The notes under the pieces are model-generated. The model saw only the letters and a list, made by a program, of their open reading frames with translations. It did no database searches and had not been told where the DNA came from. The position numbers and the translations under genes were made by a program. Shown here in pieces: positions 24,554 to 31,591 of a stretch of DNA of 32,000 nt. The DNA is from Schaalia odontolytica (GTDB lineage Bacteria; Actinomycetota; Actinomycetes; Actinomycetales; Actinomycetaceae), in contig NZ_CP040006.1 in NCBI RefSeq assembly GCF_005696695.1, positions 1,680,001-1,712,000 of the forward strand, in the 5' to 3' direction. Position 1 is the stretch's first letter. Each line of letters begins with the position of its first letter.

Positions 24554-24771
24554 CCGCCGCTGCACCGTTCGCCCCTGACCGCTGGTACTCAGCCCAGCAG
24601 GTTCAGGAAACCCTCAGCCTCTCCCGCTCAACCGTCGAGCGCCTCGGAGTCGAGGGCAAGGTCGCCGCAATCAAGATCGGGCGTTCCGTCCGGTACAGCG
24701 GCGACGACCTCAACCACCAGTGCCAGAGCCTCGGCTCCTGCGCCACCGAAAAGAAGAGCTCCCAGCGGTAG
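24550..24771 (+). CDS. Excisionase-family / MerR-like HTH DNA-binding protein (candidate Xis)
   Basis: 73 aa. WYSAQQVQETLSLSRSTVERLGVEGKVAAIKIGRSVRYSGDDL matches the HTH_17/excisionase pattern. ATGA overlap with the upstream gene. Confidence 0.6.
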   Translation: MTAAAPFAPDRWYSAQQVQETLSLSRSTVERLGVEGKVAAIKIGRSVRYSGDDLNHQCQSLGSCATEKKSSQR

Positions 24772-24784
24772 AAGCGCTGGGAGC
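24758..24784 (+). terminator. Perfect 10-bp stem-loop enclosing the Xis-like stop codon (terminator/attenuator or processing site)
   Basis: GCTCCCAGCG (24758-24767) / CGCTGGGAGC (24775-24784) with a 7-nt loop that contains the TAG stop. There is no U-tract. Confidence 0.45.
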
Positions 24785-24806
24785 GAGCAGAACCCCTAGA
24801 GAAGGA
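24781..24806 (+). repeat. Junction element copy 1: GAGCGAGCAG-N2-CCCCTAGAGAAGGA
   Basis: The 14-mer CCCCTAGAGAAGGA at 24793-24806 is identical to 27611-27624. Both are preceded by GAGCGnGCAG, which forms the 3' arm of a hairpin, and both lie 6-7 nt before a start codon. Confidence 0.55.
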
Positions 24807-24813
24807 AGATTCC

Positions 24814-25026
24814 GTGAACAAGACTACCACACGCCGCCGCCACCTGCGGCCCTGGCGAACCCTCATCGGAGGCGCCGCACTCGCCGCCGCCCTCACCCTC
24901 GGTTTCGCGATGCGCGGCCTCGACAACCCCGACGGCCTCCCCGAGTGGACCTTCTTCCCGGCCCTCGGACTCCTCGCGCTCGCGGTCTGCTTGATCCGCG
25001 CGGACTGGAAGGCAGGGCGGCTGTGA
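24814..25026 (+). CDS. Small two-TM membrane protein (70 aa)
   Basis: GTG start with RBS AGAAGGAAG. It has a basic N-terminus (TTRRRHLRPWR) followed by TLIGGAALAAALTLGFAM and FFPALGLLALAVCLI. Confidence 0.55.
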   Translation: MNKTTTRRRHLRPWRTLIGGAALAAALTLGFAMRGLDNPDGLPEWTFFPALGLLALAVCLIRADWKAGRL

Positions 25027-25409
25027 ACGCCTCGGTCATCGTCACAGTTGTTTTCCTGCTATTCGCAGGCTGTGTCCTGCTGGCCTGGATCGCGGCGCGC
25101 GGGGCCTCTCGTGCGGCCTCCATCGAGGAGATCGCCGCTCGCATGCAGCGATCCGCGTCGAAGGCCAGGGCGAAGGGCACGACACTGCTTGAGCGCCACG
25201 TCGGCTTCGATTACTACGACGTGGACGGCGAGGCTCCGCTGCCTCATCTGATCTGCCTCGCGACGCAGGACGTCATTATCGAGGCAGAGCTGAATAACTG
25301 CTTCGCCCTCGACACGCCAAAGATCGCGGTCGATCTCGACCGTCAGCAGATCCACGTGACCCTCGAAGTGCTCAGGCTTGATGAGCCGAGCCTGGAGGTG
25401 CGGACCTGA
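25023..25409 (+). CDS. N-terminally membrane-anchored protein (128 aa)
   Basis: This is the in-frame GTG of track ORF 24720-25409 and overlaps the upstream stop (GTGA). It has a TM segment SVIVTVVFLLFAGCVLLAWIAA followed by a soluble domain. Confidence 0.55.
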   Translation: MNASVIVTVVFLLFAGCVLLAWIAARGASRAASIEEIAARMQRSASKARAKGTTLLERHVGFDYYDVDGEAPLPHLICLATQDVIIEAELNNCFALDTPKIAVDLDRQQIHVTLEVLRLDEPSLEVRT

Positions 25410-25609
25410 TGCCGAAGAAGCCGCCGCTCGATGTCGAGATCACACGCGCGATCGCCCGCGCTCACATCCTCTACGCGAACCGCCCGCACATAGATGAGCG
25501 TGTGCATCGCCTGGTCACGGAGGCCTGCGCCCGCGCCGCTCACTACCCGGTCGAGGTCAAGCCCTCACGTTCGGCGCTCGCGCCGATGAGGCCTCGCCGA
25601 TCCGCTTAA
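25409..25609 (+). CDS. Small hypothetical protein (66 aa)
   Basis: TGATG overlap with the upstream gene. No motif recognised. Confidence 0.45.
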   Translation: MPKKPPLDVEITRAIARAHILYANRPHIDERVHRLVTEACARAAHYPVEVKPSRSALAPMRPRRSA

Positions 25610-25639
25610 CCACCAACACCAAGAACAGAAGGAACCACA

Positions 25640-26878
25640 ATGAGTAAGAAGTTCTGGGCAGCAGGCGCTGCCCTCACCCTCGCGGCGCTCGCGCTGCCCT
25701 ACGGCGCCGCATACGCCGCCGCCGAGGCCGCGCCGACCATGACCGCACAGGTTACCAAGGCGACCAGTGCCTCACGCCAGACCTCGAGTGAGGTCACCGT
25801 CGAGGGAACCTGGACCGCGCCGAAGCTCGCGGTCGGCCAGCACTTCACCGTTGCCAGCAAGGACGGCGGCTTCAAGTGGTATGCCGGCTTTCCCTTCGTC
25901 CTCGACGACGGAACCAAGATCGGCGACTGCGAGGCCGACGAGGCGACGCTGACCTGCACGGTCACCGAGGTTCCCGCGTCCTACGCGGACAAGACCGACG
26001 TGACCGGAAACTTCCATGCCCGCGCGCGTCTCTCGGACGCCGCAGTCGGCACTGAGGACACGCAGATCGTCGTGAACGGCCAAGTCACGCGCACGCTCGT
26101 CTGGGGCGACCGTGACGGCTCGGGCACCTGCACGAACGACTGCTCGACGCCCGCGCACTTCGAGTACGCGGCTCCCGAGACGATTAAGTTCGGGTGGACC
26201 AACGCGGACCAGTCGATCGGCTGGGGCATCAAGTGGGTAGTTGAAGCCGGAAAGGCCTACACGCTGACGGACGAGACCAACCAGCTGCCGAAGGCTGTGA
26301 AGTGCTCGTCCGGCCCGACCTGGGATCCTGCGACGACAACCTGGACCGACGGCACGCTCGACGAGTCAGCGCACACGCTGACGTTCACGCCGCCCGCAGG
26401 CTCGCTGGTCTGCATCGTCTATCCTGCAGCGACCACGCACGTCGAGGGCCAGGACACCTACACCAACCGAGCTACGATCAACGGCAAGAGCCTTGAGGCA
26501 ACCGCAACGATCAAGGCCTCGGGCGGTACCGACGGCGACGGCAAGACCAAGCCGCAGCCCGCGCCGGTCCCCTCGCCTCTCCCGAAGCCCTCGCCGAAGC
26601 CGTCCCCGGTTCCTACTCCTTCGGATGAGCCGCAGTCTGCGCCGTCCCCGATGCCTACTCCTACGACCGCGCCGACGCCGGGCACGGTGAAGCCCGCGCC
26701 GAAGCATGAGGCCGTGCCGGCTACTGCTCCGGCCCCGCAGGAGCGCCTCGCCAAGACTGGCGCGACCTCCAGCGGACTTTTGCTGATGATCGTCGCGATC
26801 CTGGGCGGCGCAGGCGCTGGCCTGTTCCTCCTCCGACTTCTTGAAGGCCCCGCGAGCAAGAAGGGAGAAAAGCTGTGA
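25640..26878 (+). CDS. Sortase-anchored (LAXTG) cell-wall surface protein, Cna/MSCRAMM-like adhesin architecture
   Basis: Signal peptide MSKKFWAAGAALTLAALALPYGAAYA. A beta-rich region of about 270 aa (GQHFTVASKDGGFKW...IGDCEADEATLTCTVTEVPASYADKTDVTGNFHARARL) is followed by a Pro-rich stalk. The sorting signal is LAKTG, then SSGLLLMIVAILGGAGAGLFLL, then a basic tail. Confidence 0.85.
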   Translation: MSKKFWAAGAALTLAALALPYGAAYAAAEAAPTMTAQVTKATSASRQTSSEVTVEGTWTAPKLAVGQHFTVASKDGGFKWYAGFPFVLDDGTKIGDCEADEATLTCTVTEVPASYADKTDVTGNFHARARLSDAAVGTEDTQIVVNGQVTRTLVWGDRDGSGTCTNDCSTPAHFEYAAPETIKFGWTNADQSIGWGIKWVVEAGKAYTLTDETNQLPKAVKCSSGPTWDPATTTWTDGTLDESAHTLTFTPPAGSLVCIVYPAATTHVEGQDTYTNRATINGKSLEATATIKASGGTDGDGKTKPQPAPVPSPLPKPSPKPSPVPTPSDEPQSAPSPMPTPTTAPTPGTVKPAPKHEAVPATAPAPQERLAKTGATSSGLLLMIVAILGGAGAGLFLLRLLEGPASKKGEKL

Positions 26879-27204
26879 AGTTCGAGAAGGCACTCGAAAA
26901 CCCGGTAACGCTCACCCTCGAAGCAGCCGACGTTTTCTACCTGCGCGATTTCCTGTACGAGGAGAGCATCAGTGCCGATGTCGATTTCGACAACGTCGAG
27001 ACCCTGCACAACGACAGAGCTCGCCAAGCAGCGAAGATGACACTCAGCCGCGAGCACACGAAGATGACGAAGATCATCGACGCCCTGGACGCAACCCTGG
27101 ACGCAACCGAGGGTCGCGTTGTCGGCGCAAAGAAGATCGCGTCCATGACCGACCCCATGCAGGCCGCTAATGAAGTCGGTACCTCGACGGAGGAGGGGAA
27201 GTGA
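26875..27204 (+). CDS. Hypothetical acidic protein (109 aa)
   Basis: GTGA overlap with the surface-protein gene. No motif recognised. Confidence 0.55.
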   Translation: MKFEKALENPVTLTLEAADVFYLRDFLYEESISADVDFDNVETLHNDRARQAAKMTLSREHTKMTKIIDALDATLDATEGRVVGAKKIASMTDPMQAANEVGTSTEEGK

Positions 27205-27452
27205 TGACTCGATACATCGCGGTCTATTTCGACACCGCTCAGGTGCAGGCTCTGCGAGACGACGCGCAGGAAACGGTCCTCGCCGCTGATGAGGATCTGG
27301 AGATCACGAAGCAGCTCAACGACCTCACGGCCCGCCGCCTCGCTCGAGAAGCGATCGACAAGAAACGCGACCTGTATGTCGAGATCGTCGACAAGCTCCA
27401 GGAAGCATCCGAGCGCCTCAACGTCGGTGAAGGCGACTACATCGACGAATGA
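27201..27452 (+). CDS. Hypothetical acidic helical protein (83 aa)
   Basis: Start overlaps the upstream stop (GTGATG). No motif recognised. Confidence 0.55.
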   Translation: MMTRYIAVYFDTAQVQALRDDAQETVLAADEDLEITKQLNDLTARRLAREAIDKKRDLYVEIVDKLQEASERLNVGEGDYIDE

Positions 27453-27634
27453 GCACACTCCCCGATGAGCGCGGCCAACGGGGAGGCCACCCGCAAACCA
27501 AGAAAAAACAGGCGGGGCAGGTAAAGAGATCGCGCAGCCCGACCAGCAGACCCCCGGGTGCGAGTCCCGGGCGGGCACGAAGCCCGCGCCACGAGCGCGC
27601 AGGGCAAGACCCCCTAGAGAAGGACAACCAATGA
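27449..27634 (+). CDS. Doubtful 61-aa highly basic ORF (the region may instead be a structured non-coding spacer)
   Basis: It has ATGA overlaps at both ends. However, the text is low-complexity (RGQRGGHPQTKKKQAGQVKRSRSP...), third-position GC (about 70% by hand count) is lower than in its neighbours, and several stem-loops lie inside it. Confidence 0.25.
   Translation: MSTLPDERGQRGGHPQTKKKQAGQVKRSRSPTSRPPGASPGRARSPRHERAGQDPLEKDNQ
27593..27624 (+). repeat. Junction element copy 2: GAGCGCGCAG-N8-CCCCTAGAGAAGGA
   Basis: See copy 1. It is preceded by stem-loops CCCGGG-N7-CCCGGG (27553-27571) and CGGGC-N5-GCCCG (27572-27586). It lies 6 nt before ATG 27631. Confidence 0.55.
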
Positions 27635-27984
27635 CCACCATCAACGAGATCAAGGACAGGCTGAACGCCGTGGCGTTCGCTGGCCGCAGCTACGCAGGCG
27701 CAGACCGCACCGCGATCGCGAAGGCCTACACAGACGCTGTCGCTGCGTTCGACCAGAACGCAGCCGTGGATATGGCGTACCTCCTCGACCGTGTCGATGA
27801 GCTGCAGGACGCGATCGCCGTCGCAGCTTCGGACCTCGCCGACGTAGCAAGCTACGTCGCCGCCAGGTACGCCGGCACACCCGACGAAGCCAGCGAAATC
27901 CGCCTAGCAATCGGCGAACCAATCGACGCCCTAGTCAACGTCTCACAGGGCACACCGATCACACCCGAGGAGGCCGGGGAATGA
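27631..27984 (+). CDS. Hypothetical protein (117 aa)
   Basis: RBS GAGAAGGA upstream. No motif recognised. Confidence 0.6.
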   Translation: MTTINEIKDRLNAVAFAGRSYAGADRTAIAKAYTDAVAAFDQNAAVDMAYLLDRVDELQDAIAVAASDLADVASYVAARYAGTPDEASEIRLAIGEPIDALVNVSQGTPITPEEAGE

Positions 27985-28283
27985 GCGGCGCCGGACTCCT
28001 CAGCATCGAGTGGGAGATCGCCAACCAACATCTCCCCATGCCTCATATCGTCGCGACGGCCTGCGCCGCGTTCGTCGAGGAAGCAGAACGCCGCGGACTC
28101 GTCATCCGCTCCGGACCCTCACCTTCCGTCCTGCACGAGCTCCGGCTCGTGCGAGTCACCGGCAAGGTCACCCGCCAGGACGACGAAACCCCAGAGCCGC
28201 AGCCACCGCACACACTGCGCCGATGCCCGGCGTGCGGGGTCCACATCTACGACCTCACCGACATCGAAGGAGCCGAGCAATGA
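27981..28283 (+). CDS. Hypothetical protein (100 aa)
   Basis: ATGA overlap with the upstream gene. It has a single CPAC motif near the C-terminus. Confidence 0.55.
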   Translation: MSGAGLLSIEWEIANQHLPMPHIVATACAAFVEEAERRGLVIRSGPSPSVLHELRLVRVTGKVTRQDDETPEPQPPHTLRRCPACGVHIYDLTDIEGAEQ

Positions 28284-28522
28284 TCGAAATCAAGCAGGCG
28301 CGCAACGTCCCCGGCTTCCGCTTCTGCCCTGTCTGCCGCACGCGCCTCGCGCCGAAAGGCTCGAACGTTCACGTCACCATCGACGCCGAAAACGAAGCCA
28401 CCGCAATCGAGCACATCACGCACAAAGCCTGCGCACAGACGGTCATCGACTTCACCCGCGCTCGCGGCTACACGCCCGCCGAGCTCGTGGAGGTCGGCGT
28501 CTGGGCTGAGGAGCAGCGATGA
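28280..28522 (+). CDS. Small putative zinc-binding protein (80 aa)
   Basis: This is the internal ATG of track ORF 28010-28522 and overlaps the upstream stop (ATGA). Possible zinc ligands are CPVC...HITHKAC. Confidence 0.55.
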   Translation: MIEIKQARNVPGFRFCPVCRTRLAPKGSNVHVTIDAENEATAIEHITHKACAQTVIDFTRARGYTPAELVEVGVWAEEQR

Positions 28523-28908
28523 GGCTCCCGATCAGGATTCAGCGCCGCCGCGCTCGCGGCTGGAAGATGCCCGCGCACACGAAGTATGTAGGGCGAGGAA
28601 GCCTATACGGCAATCCGTTTTGGGTCGCTCGGTCGCCGTTTGAGCTTAAATATGGCGGTGCCCTCGTCGTCGCGTCTCGTGCGGAGGCTGTCGAGAAATT
28701 TCGTGAGTGGATCAGGCACACGGCAGAGGGTCGGTTCGTCGCTGGGTGTGCGGCGCGGAACCTCTGGGGCCTCGATCTCGCGTGCTGGTGTCCAGCTGAT
28801 CAGCCGTGTCATGCGGATGTCCTCTTGGAGATCGCGAACCCGCGCGGTGCGAGGGAGTTCGAGAACCCGTATTACCGCAGGTGGGATCGAGACGAGGCCG
28901 CAGAATGA
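28519..28908 (+). CDS. DUF4326 family protein
   Basis: YVGRGSLYGNPF ... NLWGLDLACWCPADQPCHADVLLEIAN matches the DUF4326 signature (GR.S.WGNPF ... L.C.C....CH.DVL). Confidence 0.7.
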   Translation: MRLPIRIQRRRARGWKMPAHTKYVGRGSLYGNPFWVARSPFELKYGGALVVASRAEAVEKFREWIRHTAEGRFVAGCAARNLWGLDLACWCPADQPCHADVLLEIANPRGAREFENPYYRRWDRDEAAE

Positions 28909-30152
28909 CGACTATCGGCAGTCTCTTTACTGGCTACGGCGGTCTAGATATGGCAGTCCGCATGGCGCTTGATCCGGATGCGCGCGTCGCATGGACGAGC
29001 GATGTAGAGCCGGGGCCGTGCAGGCTGGCTGAGGTGCGCTGGTCTGGTGTCCCGAATCTCGGTGACATCACGCAGGTCGATTGGTCGGATGTTGAGCCGG
29101 TAGACATTATCTGCGGTGGATCGCCCTGTCAGGATCTGAGCCTCGCGGGTAGGCGCGCTGGCATGGCCTCGGGGACGAGGTCGGGCCTGTGGGAGTCGAT
29201 GTTCGAGGCAATCAAGACGATGCGTCCGCGTCTGGTGATTTGGGAGAACGTGAGAGGAGCGCTGACAAGTGGAGCGTTCAGTCTGGTGGAACAAGAATCG
29301 CGACTGCTGGGAGACGGAGCAGATGGACCTGCTCTCAGGGCGGCAGGCCGTGTGGTCGGAGACTTGGCCGGCCTCGGGTATGACGCGCAATGGTGTGTTG
29401 TACGAGCTTCCGACGTCGGCGCCCCTCACCAGCGAGAGCGGCTGTTCCTTGTTGGCAACCCCGCAGGCGAACCTTGGCAGCTGCGGGGGCTCACAGCCTC
29501 CACAGAAGCGCAGGGAGGGCGGGCACTCCGTGAGTCTCGCGGATCAGATCGAGCACCTGGTGCCCTGATTCCGACGCCGACCGCGTCGGACCACAAGGCA
29601 GGCCGTCATCAGGAGGGAACGGGCATGAGTCTGTCGCAGGCAGTACAGATGCTGCCGACCCCGGTCGCGCAGCCCTCGGGCAACTCGCCCGAGGCACACC
29701 TGCGTAAGAAGCCAGGCCGCGCGCAGGTCACCGACCTAGCGATCCTCGTCGAGAACGGCCTGCTGGCAACGGGAGGTCTCCTACCGACACCGCAGGCGAC
29801 GAACGCGACGGCATCCTCGACCGGCTACGGATCGAACCTGCACGAGGTGGCGAGAGGGATGAAGCCCGGCATCTTCGGCGTCTATGGGCAAGCGATTGCC
29901 AGGTGGGAGCAGGTGCTCGGACGTGAGGCTCCAGCTCCGACTGTCCCGCCGACACGCGAGGGGGGGCGAGCACGCCTCTCAACGAAGTTCGTCGAGTGGC
30001 TCATGGGTTTGCCCGAGGGGCATGTGACCGGCGAGGATCTCGGGCTGACGCGGGAGCAGCAGCTCCGTCTCCTCGGAAATGGGGTCGTCCCGCAGCAGGG
30101 CGCCGCCGCTATCTACCAGCTCACCAAGATCACCATTGAGGAGGCAGCATGA
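28905..30152 (+). CDS. DNA (cytosine-5)-methyltransferase, orphan
   Basis: Motif I LFTGYGGLD, motif IV GGSPCQDLSLAG, motif VI VIWENVRG, motif VIII QRERLFLVG, and motif X RLLGNGVVPQQ. ATG 28905 overlaps the upstream stop, whereas the track start 28806 lies inside the DUF4326 gene. No endonuclease partner is seen. Confidence 0.9.
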   Translation: MTTIGSLFTGYGGLDMAVRMALDPDARVAWTSDVEPGPCRLAEVRWSGVPNLGDITQVDWSDVEPVDIICGGSPCQDLSLAGRRAGMASGTRSGLWESMFEAIKTMRPRLVIWENVRGALTSGAFSLVEQESRLLGDGADGPALRAAGRVVGDLAGLGYDAQWCVVRASDVGAPHQRERLFLVGNPAGEPWQLRGLTASTEAQGGRALRESRGSDRAPGALIPTPTASDHKAGRHQEGTGMSLSQAVQMLPTPVAQPSGNSPEAHLRKKPGRAQVTDLAILVENGLLATGGLLPTPQATNATASSTGYGSNLHEVARGMKPGIFGVYGQAIARWEQVLGREAPAPTVPPTREGGRARLSTKFVEWLMGLPEGHVTGEDLGLTREQQLRLLGNGVVPQQGAAAIYQLTKITIEEAA

Positions 30153-30457
30153 CCGGCATCGACCCACTGAAGGACATCCCAGGTGTCGAGGAGTTTCAGG
30201 AGCGCGCGATCGTCCGCGCGGTCCGGCTGACTCGTGAGAACGCGGAGGCGATCGCCCGCCGCGCGCGCAAGCGTTGTGGCTTCACGCCGGACGGGCGGGT
30301 GATGCTCGTCGAGCACACCTACACGATCTGGGCGCTTGAGGGGGACATGATCGTCGCTCGCCCGGGCAGTATGCGTCTGTCGAACCGCATCCCGGAGGAC
30401 TTCATAGCCTGGTACACGAAGCCGGGCGAGCAGCTGACTGAGGAGGATCTCGGATGA
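30149..30457 (+). CDS. Hypothetical protein (102 aa)
   Basis: ATGA overlaps at both ends. No motif recognised. Confidence 0.55.
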   Translation: MTGIDPLKDIPGVEEFQERAIVRAVRLTRENAEAIARRARKRCGFTPDGRVMLVEHTYTIWALEGDMIVARPGSMRLSNRIPEDFIAWYTKPGEQLTEEDLG

Positions 30458-30879
30458 GCGCGCAGCTGGTGTGGGAGTCGCGCGTCTTGCCGCTGACGCG
30501 CAGCAAGCTCATCACCGCAAACGACAAATTGCACTGGGCCGCACGCGCGCGGCTCACGAAGCAGATCCGCCAGTGGGGCTATCTGCTCGGTCGCGAGGGT
30601 GAGGGGGTCGCGCGTCTCAGGCTGACGCACGCTCGAGTGGAGGTTGAGTTCGCGTATCCGGATCGTCGCCGCCGCGACCGTAGCAACCTCGCGCCGACCG
30701 TGAAAGCACTCATGGACGGTCTCATCGATGCCGGGCTGCTGCCTGATGACGCGGACCGCTTCCTCGACGGCCCGCACACGGTCATCGCGGAGCGCCTGGC
30801 GGGCAAGCACCTGAACATCCCGATGTACGAGGTCCGCATCCGCGTGTACGCGGACACAGATAAGAAAGAGAGCAAGTAA
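30454..30879 (+). CDS. rusA: RusA-family Holliday junction resolvase
   Basis: [32 protein letters not shown] matches the RusA core D..N....K...D.L......DD. Size is 141 aa. Confidence 0.85.
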   Translation: MSAQLVWESRVLPLTRSKLITANDKLHWAARARLTKQIRQWGYLLGREGEGVARLRLTHARVEVEFAYPDRRRRDRSNLAPTVKALMDGLIDAGLLPDDADRFLDGPHTVIAERLAGKHLNIPMYEVRIRVYADTDKKESK

Positions 30880-31376
30880 TGGCCGGAGAAACCGTCATCA
30901 CTGTCATCGGTAACCTGACCGCTGACCCCGAACTGCGTTGGACGCAGTCTGGCGCCGCAGTCGCAGACTTCACCGTCGCGTCGACCCCGAGAACCTACGA
31001 CCGTAACGCCGGCGAATGGCGCGACGGCGACACCCTCTTCATACGCTGCTCCGTGTGGCGCGAAACCGCTGAGAACGTCGCCGAGTCGCTGCGCAAGGGT
31101 ATGCGCGTCATCGTTCAGGGTCGCCTCACCCAGCGCTCGTATGACACCCAGCAGGGCGAGCGCCGCACGGTAGTTGAGCTGCAGGTCGACGAGGTCGGCC
31201 CCTCCCTGCGCCGCGCACGCGCACAGGTCACCCGTGTTCAGGCACAGGCCGCGAGCGCACCGTCCGCGAGCGCGTCGGCCTCTGGCGGTGCGGCTGGGTG
31301 GGGGCAGGAGACTCCGCAGCATGACCCGTGGGGTGAGCCTGGCGGGTCGGCGTTCGGGTCTGAGCCGCCGTTCTGA
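30879..31376 (+). CDS. ssb: Single-stranded DNA-binding protein
   Basis: OB-fold N-terminus ([28 protein letters not shown]...[28 protein letters not shown]), a Gly/Ala/Ser-rich linker and a C-terminal tip SEPPF. Confidence 0.9.
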   Translation: MAGETVITVIGNLTADPELRWTQSGAAVADFTVASTPRTYDRNAGEWRDGDTLFIRCSVWRETAENVAESLRKGMRVIVQGRLTQRSYDTQQGERRTVVELQVDEVGPSLRRARAQVTRVQAQAASAPSASASASGGAAGWGQETPQHDPWGEPGGSAFGSEPPF

Positions 31377-31591
31377 TGGAGCGGTACTGCCCGGACTGCG
31401 GCGAGGTTCTCGCTGCAGGGCACGCGCGCTGTAGGCCGTGCTTCCGCAGGTTTGAGGCTGAGTATCAGAGGAAAACCGAGAGGGACTGGATGCGGCGCAA
31501 CTTCCCGGAGTTCCGGCCCCGGGACTTGTTCCCGGAGGACGGCTGGGAGCAGACGGAGATCAAGACAACAAGTATGAAGGAGGGCGAGTAA
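31376..31591 (+). CDS. Small zinc-ribbon protein (71 aa)
   Basis: CPDC...CRPC near the N-terminus. TGATG overlap with the upstream gene. Confidence 0.55.
   Translation: MERYCPDCGEVLAAGHARCRPCFRRFEAEYQRKTERDWMRRNFPEFRPRDLFPEDGWEQTEIKTTSMKEGE

Noticed and set aside
26530-26740. Repetitive Pro/Ser/Lys-coding DNA in the surface-protein gene, and the minus-strand ORFs across it, as a possible separate repeat element.
   Set aside because: It is explained fully as the wall-spanning Pro-rich stalk of the LAXTG protein. The antisense ORFs there are Arg/Gly-rich shadows.
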